Source: Eutreptiella sp. 'Long Island Sound 2002' | Lineage: Eukaryota; Protista; Euglenida | Direction: 5' to 3' | Length of the DNA: 64,000 bases | Assembly: GCA_964036045.1 (NCBI GenBank) | Contig: OZ038378.1 | Location: 41,292,001 to 41,356,000 of the forward strand | Notes under the pieces: model-generated | Told to the model about the DNA's origin: nothing | Databases searched by the model: none | Seen by the model: the letters and a program-made list of their open reading frames with translations, nothing else | Shown: piece after piece, positions 49,590-60,399 of the stretch | How the letters are laid out: each line of letters opens with the position of its first letter | How positions within the stretch are numbered: position 1 is the first letter of the stretch | Translations under genes and position numbers: made by a program

Positions 49590-50333
49590 CACTCAAGGGG
49601 GGCGCCTCAAGCGCAGTGCGTGCGCAGTGCAACTATTTGGGCGTCTGGCCGTACTAGAGACCCATACTTTGAGATACTAGGGGCCCCTGGGGGCATCATG
49701 GTGACCCCTAGCGTACGTTTTGACTTCTGATTTTGTCCCCCGTTGTTTGGGGACCCCCGACAATGCGGGGGTGACATAGCATTTCCGCCCTCTTTACTAC
49801 AATGCCGTTTGCGACTCTCTTGCCTTGATTGTGTTTATGCTTTACATTCTATCTCTGCAGAGTGGCGAAGAGCCATTTCCACTCAGGGGGGCAAGCACGC
49901 ATCGGACGGCCAAAGATTCCATAGAGTCATTTCCACTCAGGGGGACAAGCACACATCGGACGGCCAAAGATCCCATAGGGAAGTGGAAGTATTGAAGCAA
50001 GTCCGATTATCCGATACAAGGACGCGATTAAGGCGTGTGTGACTACCATGTACGTAAGGGAAAGGGCATTCATGGATCATGTTACATGCAAGTTTGCCCC
50101 AACCCAACCTCCATCGCTAAAAATGGTGCAACCCACGCCTGTTCATGGCTTTTCCAGTTGTGCATGATGTGTGTAGTGGGAAGGGAAGGTAGTTTGCAAC
50201 TTTTTTGAGCTGGGGCAGTTTGGATCACCTAATTCTAAGGGCGTTTCTAAGGGGTGTGGTTGGGGGCTCTTCGGGGGGAACATAGTCTAAAAGTAGCGCG
50301 TAGTGCGCGCGCAGTGCAAAGGTTCCCCCAAGG
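49590..50333 (+). mobile_element. ~740-bp non-autonomous element, copy 1
   Basis: Shares ~100-bp left and ~110-bp right ends with 51500-52234 and contains an internal 2x54-bp tandem duplication (49870, 49924). Boundaries are approximate. Confidence 0.55.
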
Positions 50334-51499
50334 TAGGAATGTAAGCAGGTTCTTTTATGTTGACTACTGGTAGGGCGGGACTGTCGTAGGACATAGGGGG
50401 GCAAGGGTGAGAATGTTGAACCTCGCAATTTCAGGGTTCAAATTGATGCCTCGATATGTGCATGTGTGTGTGTGCGTGGCACTTGGGGTTTGTGTCTCTG
50501 ATTGGTCTGTGTGCGCAAAATGTATGTGCATGTGGATGTGTTTATGGATGTGGATGTGGATGTGGATGTGGATGTAGCCCCCCCCCCCCTTTACAAGCAA
50601 CACCCAGGAGCAGTTGACACACTGGGGTGTCACACTTGAATCATCAACTGGAGGATATAGGTATACCGGCTGTGACTATGTTACGTCAACTGCAGGACCC
50701 ATGCAGGCAAGTCTGATTGCCAAGCCCTCCCGCCTGCCCAACTTTAGTTTATTGCTGAACTAGCATTGGGAGCATGTGGTGTGGAAGCGGCAATGCATTT
50801 CTTGGTAGCCTTCTTTGAAGGCACACAACACAAATTGATCTGATGCTGTGTAGTTGTGCAGCTAATTGCCCGTGGAAAGGAAAACGATGTCGACATAAAT
50901 GTGTGTGGTGCCGTCCAGTTGAGGGAAGCAGGAGGTTGCAGGAAGCATAGCCCAGGCTATTGCTGTCAATGCATGTTGGACAAGGGTGGTGAGCCGGAGT
51001 AAGTGTCACCGAAAACTGAAGGGGCCAACAAAATGGGGTGCCGGTGAACAGTAGTGTGTGATACCCAAGACATTGAAATCATGCTCAAACTGCCAGGTTC
51101 AACAGGCCTGTGATCCTACATTCATAAGCACCACCATGGGTTCTCAGTTCTGTTACCTCATGGCAACCCAAGCAACACATTGATTCCACAACTTCCTGGA
51201 CCTCCTCTGTCTCTTTTGCTATGCACAAGCTTCTGTTGTCCTTCTCCTGTGTGCTGGCTTGCCCCCGGTAGCTAAGCTGTGATGAACCAGTCAATTGCGG
51301 AAACACCACAATGAACAAACCGAACAGTGCTGCAGATTAGCCCGTGCCATGCGTTGAGGAATAGTTGTTTCTGTGCTGCTGCGCATCAACGCCCTTACTT
51401 GTGGCCAACTCGCTCCGAAAGGGACACCGGGTCCTTTACGCCGACCCCCCCCCACCCTGGAAATTGGCACCGAAGTGCCGGACCATCGGCGTCAAAGGC

Positions 51500-52234
51500 A
51501 CCCTAAGGGGGCGCCTTAAGCGCAGTGCAACTATTTGGGCGCCTGGCCGTACTGGAGACCCATGATTTGAGATACTAGGGGCATTATTGTTGCCCCATGG
51601 CGTAGGTTTTGATGCTTTTTCCACATTGGAGATATGGCATTTTGGGATTTTCACCCATTTTCACCCATTTCCACCCTTTTTCACACTGTTTTGCTCATTC
51701 CCACCACATCCACTCTTTTCTAGGACGGAGCGTAAGTATGGGCATGATGAGATATTTCCACAAGAACATTTGTTCCGCTTCTTTTTCTTCCTTAAGCACA
51801 CTCCACCTTATAGGTGTGCTCATCTCCTCTCGGGAGCAACGGGGTGCTCTAAGGAGGCTTGGTGGGCAAGTGTGCATTGTGTTCGTTCTTACTTGAATGG
51901 TGTTGTCGCTGAAGTTCGATGGGCGGAAAGATTGTCGGAGTGGAACGACGTCCCACACTTTCCTTATTTTGTGACGCATTACGTGGATAGCATGCCCATT
52001 GCTTCCATAGGAGGCATCCTTTGCCGTGTCCTATTTAATCCTAAATACGCCGGGTGCGTATATAAAGTTACGGTTGCCATTGACAGCCTTATCAACATCG
52101 TGTGGATTTATGGGGCTGTTTGGGTCACCTAATTCTAAGGGCGTTTCCAACGGATGTGCCTGGGGGCTCTTCGGGGGGAACATAGTCTAAAAGTAGCGCG
52201 CAGTGCGCGCACAGTGCAAGGATTCCCCCTCAAG
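51500..52234 (+). mobile_element. ~735-bp non-autonomous element, copy 2, carrying a DDE_Tnp_4-like transposase fragment
   Basis: Same termini as copy 1; short CCYTRAGGGGG-like inverted ends. The interior encodes VTHYVDSMPI...LFNPKYAGCVYKVTVAIDSL..IVWIYG. Confidence 0.55.
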
Positions 52235-52448
52235 GCAAATTTGCTTGAACCAGTAGAGGGTCAAAAAATGGGTTTTCACCCTATGTGTCTACTCAAAATA
52301 CTCAGTTTTTTTAGGAGAACTGTAGTTCCGTAGGAATGGAAGTTCCGCCCGGAGTGCGTGTGTGTGTGCCCGATTGACTCCACTGGGGGCGTCTCCCTCC
52401 CTGTTGTAGATAAGTTTTTCTGTGACTGAGGTGCACTGCTCTAGTGCC

Positions 52449-53780
52449 ATGTCTGACCTGCAAAACGCTTGTGGTCGGTCATCGTCTGCAATAGCGCGGG
52501 TGGGGCGCGGGGGCCGCCGGTCGAAAGGCCCAAAGCGCCCGGCTGCTCCACAGGAATGGGAGTGGAAAAAGATGGTCGCGGACGACAAACAGACCCTGGA
52601 TACCGCCTGGTGCATGCTCCTGGACACGCCGGGCCTGGCTGAGGACGTACCAGTAGAAAGCCGCACGCCTGTCTTGGACTGCGGCTTCACTTGCTGGATC
52701 TCTTCGTTGACGCTGACGCCTACACGCTGCCCGGTGTTGTTTCGGCGTCTGCTGGGCATGCCCATGGTCAGCTCAGAATTCGTGACGTACAGGGACGCGT
52801 TTCTGTTCGCCCTCTCGGTGCATTGGGACGTCGACGTCGCCAAATACGACCTGACCCCCGAGCAGTCCCAGGCAGCTTTCGCTTTCGTGGACCTGCTGGC
52901 GGCAGATCTCACATACGGGCGTGCGGGGCTCACCTCTGGAGAGGAGGCCACGGCGGGGCGGGCGTCAGCTCCAGCGCCGGGGAATCCTGCGGACGCCGAC
53001 GACCCCTCCGAAGGAGAACGTCCCGGCCACGCGGATGGCGAGCTTGAGGAGCCCGACAAGTACGCGATGACCAAGCAAAATATCCGGGCTGTACGGAAAC
53101 AAGCTGGGGCGTCGCGCTGGGCAATCAGACTGGGGCGACTGCTTGAGAACATCATCATGGACACTGACGACCGCGAAAGTAACGGCGCTGGCATGGACGT
53201 CGATCGCTGGCGGAGCCAAGCAGCCACGGAGCCCGCGAACGGAGAAGGCAAGCTCGAAGTCGCGATGGAGGTGTGGTCTGTGCTTCTCCGCACGGAGGAA
53301 GGGGCACAAAAGCTTCTCAAGGACAAGCACCGAGAGGCAAAAGCCCGCCGCAAGCGCAAGGCCAAGCGGGCGGAACAGCGCGAGCGCAAGGCCAAAGACA
53401 AAGGGCGTGGGGGCGCAAAAGGCAAAAGGTCGTATTCTTCCTCGGAGTCCTCGTCGGCATCCTCGGACTTCTCCGATAGCTCCTCCGACGACGGTGGGCG
53501 CGCGGCGCGCAAGTCATCCAGCTCATCGACGTCACCGGACTACCAGAAGGTGTTTGAAAGCACACAGCACGCCCCTGGGGCGCCGGCTTTCGTGTGGATC
53601 AAAGGGGAGCCACACTTCAGGAGTCGAAACTCAGGGGACCTGGTGAACTGCGCGCGACAGCCAAAAACCCCCTGCCGTATCTGTGGCCACTGCCACTGGT
53701 ACTGGCAGGGGGGGGGCATACAGCTGCCGCGGGCAGTACGCAAAAAAGCACTGACTCGGCGATGGGCGGAGGGGCTCTGA
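52449..53780 (+). CDS. Gag-like protein with a C-terminal zinc knuckle
   Basis: The ATG overlaps the last base of A1. CRICGHCHWYWQ motif. With 8 instead of 9 G in the run near 53708-53716 it would end ...GGAYSCRGQYAKKH* at 53754. Confidence 0.75.
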   Translation: MSDLQNACGRSSSAIARVGRGGRRSKGPKRPAAPQEWEWKKMVADDKQTLDTAWCMLLDTPGLAEDVPVESRTPVLDCGFTCWISSLTLTPTRCPVLFRRLLGMPMVSSEFVTYRDAFLFALSVHWDVDVAKYDLTPEQSQAAFAFVDLLAADLTYGRAGLTSGEEATAGRASAPAPGNPADADDPSEGERPGHADGELEEPDKYAMTKQNIRAVRKQAGASRWAIRLGRLLENIIMDTDDRESNGAGMDVDRWRSQAATEPANGEGKLEVAMEVWSVLLRTEEGAQKLLKDKHREAKARRKRKAKRAEQRERKAKDKGRGGAKGKRSYSSSESSSASSDFSDSSSDDGGRAARKSSSSSTSPDYQKVFESTQHAPGAPAFVWIKGEPHFRSRNSGDLVNCARQPKTPCRICGHCHWYWQGGGIQLPRAVRKKALTRRWAEGL

Positions 53781-55062
53781 CTCAGACTCCCCGATCCGCC
53801 CCCGCTGCCCTCGACCAGAGGGCCCTGCCGCGCATCCGACCGACGGACAGTCAACGCCCTGCGGGTGTGGGGTTGGCGGCACTGCCGAGGCAGCTGTTGC
53901 AAGTGATCGAGGAATCGGCGTACGGACTGCAGATGCCGTCGCCCTCTCGGAGGGCATCACACGGTACCGGGGGCAGGCCGCTGCCGACTTCGCCACAACC
54001 TACGATAGCACAGCTCTCTACGGATTCGCGAAAGACACGAGAGACAGCTATGGAGATGCGCTGCGACGCCTCGCCGTCACCGTCAGGAGGCAGCCGGGTG
54101 CCAGCGCCCGGGAATGCCTGCAAGACCACATGTTTGGCCTCATCCGCACCACAGAATCGGACAGTGGCCCCCGAAAACTTCTCGCAGCGGTCAGGGTACT
54201 GGAGAAGTTCAAGTGGATCCAGCCCATCGTCTGCCCAATGGACTGGAAACTGGTCGAAGCCGTCGCCTTTTTCCATGAAAAGCACCGGGGAGCCTCGTAC
54301 TAATTCTGGGCGTCCATGCGAGCGTTCCGCAGCCTCTGCGAGCTCGCCTCAGCACCACACGAATGGGAAGTGGTGGCGCTGGCGGCGCTCAGCATCGCAT
54401 TTGGCCTCCGGGCAAAGGAAGCCGTCACCGCTTACTATGATGGATCCACCGTCCGCTGGCAAGGGGCGAAGGGGCGCAGTGGCCCCTGCGAAGAGGTGCC
54501 AGGCCCCTGGACAGCCTTGTGGGCACAACGCCTCTGCGACCTCCGTGCGCGCCACGGTTACCACCCAGAGCGCCCGGCGTGGCACAGCACTCGGCAGAGC
54601 CTGCACAAAGCTCTCAAAGACCTCGTCAATCGACCGAACTCGGGCTGCTCGCTACTCCGCTGGCATGGCTGGCGGCGCTTCGGGAGCGCGCAGCTCCGCT
54701 GCTTGGGCGCCCCCACGGACACGCAGTTGCGCTGGGGGGGCTGGGCGACCCCGGCAATGCTCCGCATCTACGCGTACCCCACGCACACGTGGGAGTTCGT
54801 TCGTGGCCGGCCGCTCATCATCCCCTCACAACAGGCGGAGACACTTGGCTGGCAGGACCAGACGGGAACCACGTATCAGATCTGGTCACCATGGGTCCGG
54901 GCCGACCTCACCCGGGCGCAATCGGCCCCACCCCGCCCAACGCTACAGGGTCCTCCACGACCCGACGGGGAGGCTACGAGCACACCACCGATGCGGAAAA
55001 AGCGAGTTCGTGCAACATCGAGCGGCACAGCAGGGGCACACGGAGCTGCAACCGCAAATTGA
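53755..55062 (+). pseudogene. Tyrosine recombinase with one in-frame TAA (54301-54303)
   Basis: Catalytic set R (FGLRAKEA), HxxR (WHGWRR), W (LRWGGW), Y (LRIYA). The frame is open from 53755 apart from the single stop. Confidence 0.85.
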
Positions 55063-56749
55063 GTTGCTGGCGCGCAAAGTGTCGAGTCTGGACGATGTAC
55101 GTTGGGGGCGCCGGGAGATGGTCCGCACGGCGCTCGTTGACATGTACTTGGGGCTGCTGAACATCGATGGGGGTGCGGCGGCAGCTCCTCTTTTCCGGGA
55201 TGTTCTAGAAGGCATAGCGGAAAGTGGCCTGTGCCGTCCAGACGACATGCTTTACGACGACAGCACTCCGCTGCCGCCAAAGAACCAGTCCCAGAATGTG
55301 CCCGAGCAGGTGGCGGCCAAGGGCTTGGGCCCAGCAGGACGTGTCAGCCTCGCGCGCAGCCTGTGGCGAAAATGTGTCCCGCGGGGGCTTCGGGCGATCT
55401 ACCGTCGTTGTACCAAATCCTTCTCATGCCGGGGGGCGGCACGCCACTCTAGCGCGACAGCCCCCCTTTCTCACATGTTTGAATCGGTCCACGCTGTCAC
55501 GTGTGGCGCTAAGCCCACGTCGGCCCCTGTTTCTGCCCGCGCCTTTCTTAGACCTAAGTCTTCCGATAAGTGCAGGCTGCTCCTCAATGCCACTGCCATA
55601 AGCGCTTATGATGAGCGTCCTCCTCCCAGGGTCAAGCTCCCTGCCCTCTCTGCTATCATGTCTCGCTTCCAGCACAGGCCCCCTGGGCCCCTGTACATGT
55701 GTAAATTGGACTTGACCAATGCTTATTGGAGTATCATACTCCCAAGGCGGTGGCGCCGCACGTTTGTAGTTCAGGCAGGCCAGCGTCGGTGGCGCTTTAC
55801 GCGCCTGCCATTTGGCTGGAAATATTCTCCAGCAATCTGCCAGCGCCTCGTTTCTGGGATTGTGGCGCGTACACTGCGCGACACGAATGTTGACTTGGAT
55901 GTCTACCTTGACGACATCCTCATCACCGCCACTACTCCGGCGGCAGCCCGGGCAGGGGTGCAGCGTGTGGCTGCGGCTCTTCGTGATGCGAGGTTTATAA
56001 TTAGCCCCAAAAGCGAGCTGGAGACTGCAACCTGCATCACCTTCCTCGGGAAACGGCTGGACTCTGTCAGGCGCTCTGTTTCCAACACCGTGGACATGCT
56101 CAAGGCCACGCTGCGTTTGTGGCTGCAAGGGGTCGGCACGGGGCGCATGCCAGCGAGAGAGATGGCCCGCTTCGTGGGGCGGTTACAGTGGGTCTTCAGA
56201 CCAATGGGGGGGGCATCTGTTTTCCTGGCGGGGGCCTATAATGCCATGCTCCACCGCTCCCCATTTTTCAGCCGCACGCTGATCCGTGCCACTGGTACGG
56301 CTCTGCTCCTCTCCTTCGCATCTGACGGTCTCAGTGACCCATCACATGTGCGTGTACATACTTTCTTCTCAGACGCAGCGCCCTGCGGACGGCGTTTCAG
56401 AATCGGGGTCGTTGGTTCCCCAGGTTTTTATAGATCCTACGTCTGTCCCCGCTGGGTCCGCAGCCTGCAGCAGGCAGAGCTATATGGCGTATATGGGGCT
56501 CTAAAAGCTGCAGTAGGCTGCCGGTTGCGTTCTGTGGCTGTGGGTATCGACAATGAGGCGATCCGGTTCCAGTCCGCCTCCCTACGGGCGTCCACTGACT
56601 GCCCTGTACAGCTGCGTCTGTTGCGACGCATCTTCTGGCTGCAGCCGTGGAGTGGCCTGCAACTGTCGGTTTTTCGAGTGCCTTCAGCGGTGAACCCCGC
56701 TGATCTTCTGAGCCGGAAGCATGAAATGCTTTCCCGGGCTACATGCTGA
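53762..56749 (+). CDS. Pol: reverse transcriptase + RNase H, with an N-terminal part overlapping the YR frame
   Basis: KLDLTNAYW, FTRLPFGWKYSP, YLDD; RNase H FSDAA, QAELYG, IDNEA, NPADLLSR. Uninterrupted frame from the ATG at 53762. Confidence 0.9.
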   Translation: MGGGALTQTPRSAPAALDQRALPRIRPTDSQRPAGVGLAALPRQLLQVIEESAYGLQMPSPSRRASHGTGGRPLPTSPQPTIAQLSTDSRKTRETAMEMRCDASPSPSGGSRVPAPGNACKTTCLASSAPQNRTVAPENFSQRSGYWRSSSGSSPSSAQWTGNWSKPSPFSMKSTGEPRTNSGRPCERSAASASSPQHHTNGKWWRWRRSASHLASGQRKPSPLTMMDPPSAGKGRRGAVAPAKRCQAPGQPCGHNASATSVRATVTTQSARRGTALGRACTKLSKTSSIDRTRAARYSAGMAGGASGARSSAAWAPPRTRSCAGGAGRPRQCSASTRTPRTRGSSFVAGRSSSPHNRRRHLAGRTRREPRIRSGHHGSGPTSPGRNRPHPAQRYRVLHDPTGRLRAHHRCGKSEFVQHRAAQQGHTELQPQIELLARKVSSLDDVRWGRREMVRTALVDMYLGLLNIDGGAAAAPLFRDVLEGIAESGLCRPDDMLYDDSTPLPPKNQSQNVPEQVAAKGLGPAGRVSLARSLWRKCVPRGLRAIYRRCTKSFSCRGAARHSSATAPLSHMFESVHAVTCGAKPTSAPVSARAFLRPKSSDKCRLLLNATAISAYDERPPPRVKLPALSAIMSRFQHRPPGPLYMCKLDLTNAYWSIILPRRWRRTFVVQAGQRRWRFTRLPFGWKYSPAICQRLVSGIVARTLRDTNVDLDVYLDDILITATTPAAARAGVQRVAAALRDARFIISPKSELETATCITFLGKRLDSVRRSVSNTVDMLKATLRLWLQGVGTGRMPAREMARFVGRLQWVFRPMGGASVFLAGAYNAMLHRSPFFSRTLIRATGTALLLSFASDGLSDPSHVRVHTFFSDAAPCGRRFRIGVVGSPGFYRSYVCPRWVRSLQQAELYGVYGALKAAVGCRLRSVAVGIDNEAIRFQSASLRASTDCPVQLRLLRRIFWLQPWSGLQLSVFRVPSAVNPADLLSRKHEMLSRATC

Positions 56750-56878
56750 GCCTCTGCGAGCAGCGTCGGGTGGCCTGGGGGGAGTCAGACCTGCCGTTTG
56801 ACCGCCTACGACAGTCCGTCCCCACTCCCAGGGTGGCTCCATGAGAGCAGGTGCAAGGCTCGCATTCGCTCGCGGGCC

Positions 56879-57663
56879 TCTGTGAGTAGCACCGAAGAAG
56901 CAATGTGTTTTGGATGGAGAGTGTCTTACAGTGGAGGGTGCACATGCTTGTCTCCTGCTTTGATGCGCGGCGCACACACACGCACGGGGGAACTGTAGTT
57001 CCGTAGGAATGGAAGTTCCGCCCGGAGTGCGTGTGTGTGTGCCCGATTGGCTCCACTGGGGGCGTCTCCCTCCCTGTTGTAGATAAGTTTTTCTGTGACT
57101 GAGGTGCACTGCTCTAGTGCCACCCACCCAACCCGCCCTCTATCTCCGTGACCTTCTCACGGGTATGCGTTCCAGTCGAACTGTCCTTAGGAGCCTGTGC
57201 TCCAGTGACTGTGTCTGTGAGTAGCACCGAAGAAGCAATGTGTTTTGGATGGAGAGTGTCTTACAGTGGAGGGTGCACATGCTTGTCTCCTGCTTTGATG
57301 CGCGGCGCACACACACGCACGGGGGAACTGTAGTTCCGTAGGAATGGAAGTTCCGCCCGGAGTGCGTGTGTGTGTGCCCGATTGACTCCACTGGGGGCGT
57401 CTCCCTCCCTGTTGTAGATAAGTTTTTCTGTGACTGAGGTGCACTGCTCTAGTGCCACCCACCCAACCCGCCCTCTATCTCCGTGACCTTCTCACGGGTA
57501 TGCGTTCCAGTCGAACTGTCCTTAGGAGCCTGTGCTCCAGTGACTGTGTCTGTGAGTAGCACCGAAGAAGCAATGTGTTTTGGATGGAGAGTGTCTTACA
57601 GTGGAGGGTGCACATGCTTGTCTCCTGCTTTGATGCGCGGCGCACACACACGCACGGGGGAAC
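56879..57663 (+). repeat. Right-terminal array B1-A2-C1-B2-A3-C2-B3 (335-bp period)
   Basis: Offsets of exactly 335 bp between successive A and B copies. Confidence 0.95.
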
Positions 57664-57716
57664 CCAATGATGGATGAAAACCAATTTGGACCAAATATCA
57701 ATACCACCCCAGAGAT

Positions 57717-57790
57717 GGCCCATACCCTAGTGGGTAAAGCAGTGCCTCTGCAATTGCAAGCTCATGGGTTCAGTCCCCAGTGGGGGCAAT
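57717..57790 (+). other. Degenerate tRNA-like sequence
   Basis: A-box-like CTAGTGGGTAAAG and B-box-like GGTTCAGTCCCC; the anticodon arm does not pair. Confidence 0.25.
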
Positions 57791-58177
57791 CTGTAGGACC
57801 TCAAATAGGGTCAGGGGCAAAGTGGAATTTTTTTTGGTTGTTTTGTGCTTTGATGTTGTCCCCTTTGTTTGGGAACCCGGAGAATGCAGGGGTTATGTCG
57901 CATTTCCGCTCCCCTGTGGGCCCCGCACAAGGCGGGGGTTAGGCAGCCAATTCTGAGTTTCGGCCTGGGTGGGGCGCGACTAGCAATAGTGGCCGGGAAT
58001 TGATTCGGGGGTGCTATGTCCTTAAACAAAAGTACCACCTACCATGCCCCCCCCCCCTATTGCAATATTTTTTGCCTCTGCATTTGTACCTCAAAGTGAT
58101 CATCGTGATGAGGCGGCCATTTGATGCCATATTTGTAGGTCCAGAGCCCCCCCTGCCCTGGGTGTGAGCTGAGAGCT

Positions 58178-58358
58178 GGGTGCGAGCTGACCTCAGTGTC
58201 CAGAGGGCCAGAGCCAATGCACAGTCAGCAACCACCTGGTGTGGTACAGAACTGGTCTACGCTGCAGTGCAGCAAGCAAAACACTGAACAATGTGGTGAT
58301 GACCATGCGCCTCTGACACGGGGGCGTATGCGAGCCCAGTATCCGTTGCGTCATGGCC
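58178..58358 (+). repeat. ~180-bp dispersed repeat, copy 2
   Basis: Matches 42198-42378. Confidence 0.92.
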
Positions 58359-60399
58359 CCTGCCCCCTCTAGCGACCCCCCCCCCCCCCCCAGACCCACT
58401 CCCCCCCCCGCCCTGAAAGTGGCACCAAAGCAGGAAGGAGTCAGCGTATGGCCCTTGTCCCGATCCCCCGGTGGTGGGCCCTTCTGGGATTGTGGCGGCC
58501 AACTGCAGCCGTGTGGATGGTTTCACCTAGCCCATTGGTCTTACCGTAGCACAAACTGCTGCACCTGCCCATCTTCCCGGAGGGGAGCTGCGCTCATGGG
58601 GGGGGGAGGTCAATGACAGGGCTAGGTCCAAGCTGGGTGATCAATGCCTCCTTTTTGACGTTACAAAGTGGAGCTAGCTATTAAATTGATCAAAATTAGC
58701 TTTTCGTTCCGCAAAATCCGAAAGAATAGCCCTTAATTATGAATGTTTCAATTTTGATGCCCTGTAGGTCTCAATCTACCCCGTTTGATACTGGTAAGGT
58801 GGATGGTATGCAAGCTATTTGAGCAAATATTTGCATTGCTCTTGTCCGCGATGAAATGTTTCTTCTGCTACCTACCTCCGCGAGCTCAGTTATTGCCACG
58901 TAGACAATGGGCACAAAGTGGCAACACAATTGTTTTAATGCAACAAGGTTTTTCTTTTCATGGTGCTTGGCACCATGAAAACAAAAGCCGCACAAAGCCC
59001 GACGAACTCCCGTGAGCCTTCGTTTGTACAGACCTGTCACATGATGTTATTTATGTGTGGGGTCTTGTATTCCACTGTTCTAAACATGGTCATCGCATGT
59101 CTTTAGAAACATATGATCATAGATGCAACATCGTCCTATCACCACATGGAATACCCTAACCAATATGAATCTCTTTGCGGCCAATTAGGTTGCCCCTTCT
59201 TGTGTAGCCACCCTCCGCTAATTGCCGCTGTTGTTGTTGCCGCCACCGTTTCTCCTAACGGTTGCAGGAGGGGTTGGTGGTACTCTTCTTGTTTTTTCTT
59301 TTTTTGTGGTTTTTGTTGCCGCAAGAGCTATTGCGGCTGCTATTGCCGATGTTGTCGTTAACATTGTTGATTGTGTGGTAGGACTTTGTTGTGTTGGTGT
59401 TGTGATTTTTTTCGGTAGTGCTCGTGTTGTTGTTTTTGTCCTTGGAGGTGTTTTCTATGTCGTTGGTGGTGGTGTTTTTGCTGTTGTCTTTACTTTTGTG
59501 TCTAGGGCGACCAGCTCCGGAGATGGCATTCTAAGTATACTCAAACCCGCAAACTTGCAAAACCGGCGAATTCTCTTCAGAGGTGCGTGTAGAGCGGCGG
59601 CCTTCTCTCCGTGCCGATAAGCGGCCCATCTGTATGACCGATTTTTTTTTTTTGCGGCGTGGTTCGCTAACCCGCTAGGGCCGAAACACCGGTTTACTGT
59701 AAACACGGAGGGAGTGACTTGTGTGCTGAGGGCATACAAAACTCCCATTTTGCCAAAGGCCAAAAACGCATCCTTGGCCCAAATTGAAAAAAACATGCAG
59801 GACAAAGAAGACATACTCTACTCAGAAACCTCCACTTGGGGTGAAACGTAGTCCTACATCGCTACACACGCCACTGTGCCTTGCCAAATGAATGATCTGT
59901 CCAGCCACTGGGCCGTTATGTCCGAGAAGGTGTAGAACAAGGTGCCGTGCCGTGCTAGTTTGCGGAACATTAGCAGTATGCTTGGTCTTGCAAACATCTC
60001 CTCGTGTTTTCCTACAAGCTCTTGGAGTCACGATTGTACGATCTGAGTGCAAAGACGGTCAATGAAGTTTGGGTGTATTGGTGTTATCATATTTTTCTCG
60101 TGATTGTGAATTGCGTCCCCTTTTTGTAGAGGCCAGAGGGGTGCACAGCTAACGTGGTTACTTTGTCCCCTTTGCGCTGCAAAGTACGAGCGTCCCAACC
60201 AAATTGAACCGCTCCATTGTGCTACACAAAAATTGAAGCGTGCAGCCAAGGTAGGGCTCAGTACGTCTCTGATTTTCATAGCCCAAAAGTGAGGGAGGAA
60301 TCTTTCAATGACAGGTAGGAGGGGCCAAACGAAGCTATCGTGCCAAAGGCACAAAAACATGGGCCTCTGCCCATGGCATCCCACTCTAGCCCCAGGGTA

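Larger units (their letters stand above)
52317..57663 (+). mobile_element. Tyrosine-recombinase (DIRS-order) retrotransposon, VIPER/TATE-like gene order gag-YR-RT/RH, with split direct repeats
   Basis: A repeats (133 bp) at 52317, 56990 and 57325; B repeats (111 bp) at 56879, 57214 and 57549; GAAC at both ends; gag, YR and RT/RNase H motifs. Confidence 0.92.

Noticed and set aside
52289-53512. 407-aa minus-strand ORF
   Set aside because: Antisense shadow of gag with S/R/A-rich composition and no motifs.
59200-59520. Hydrophobic or Thr/Lys-rich ORFs (59222-59620 and antisense)
   Set aside because: They arise from GTT-rich low-complexity sequence, with no evidence of real coding.
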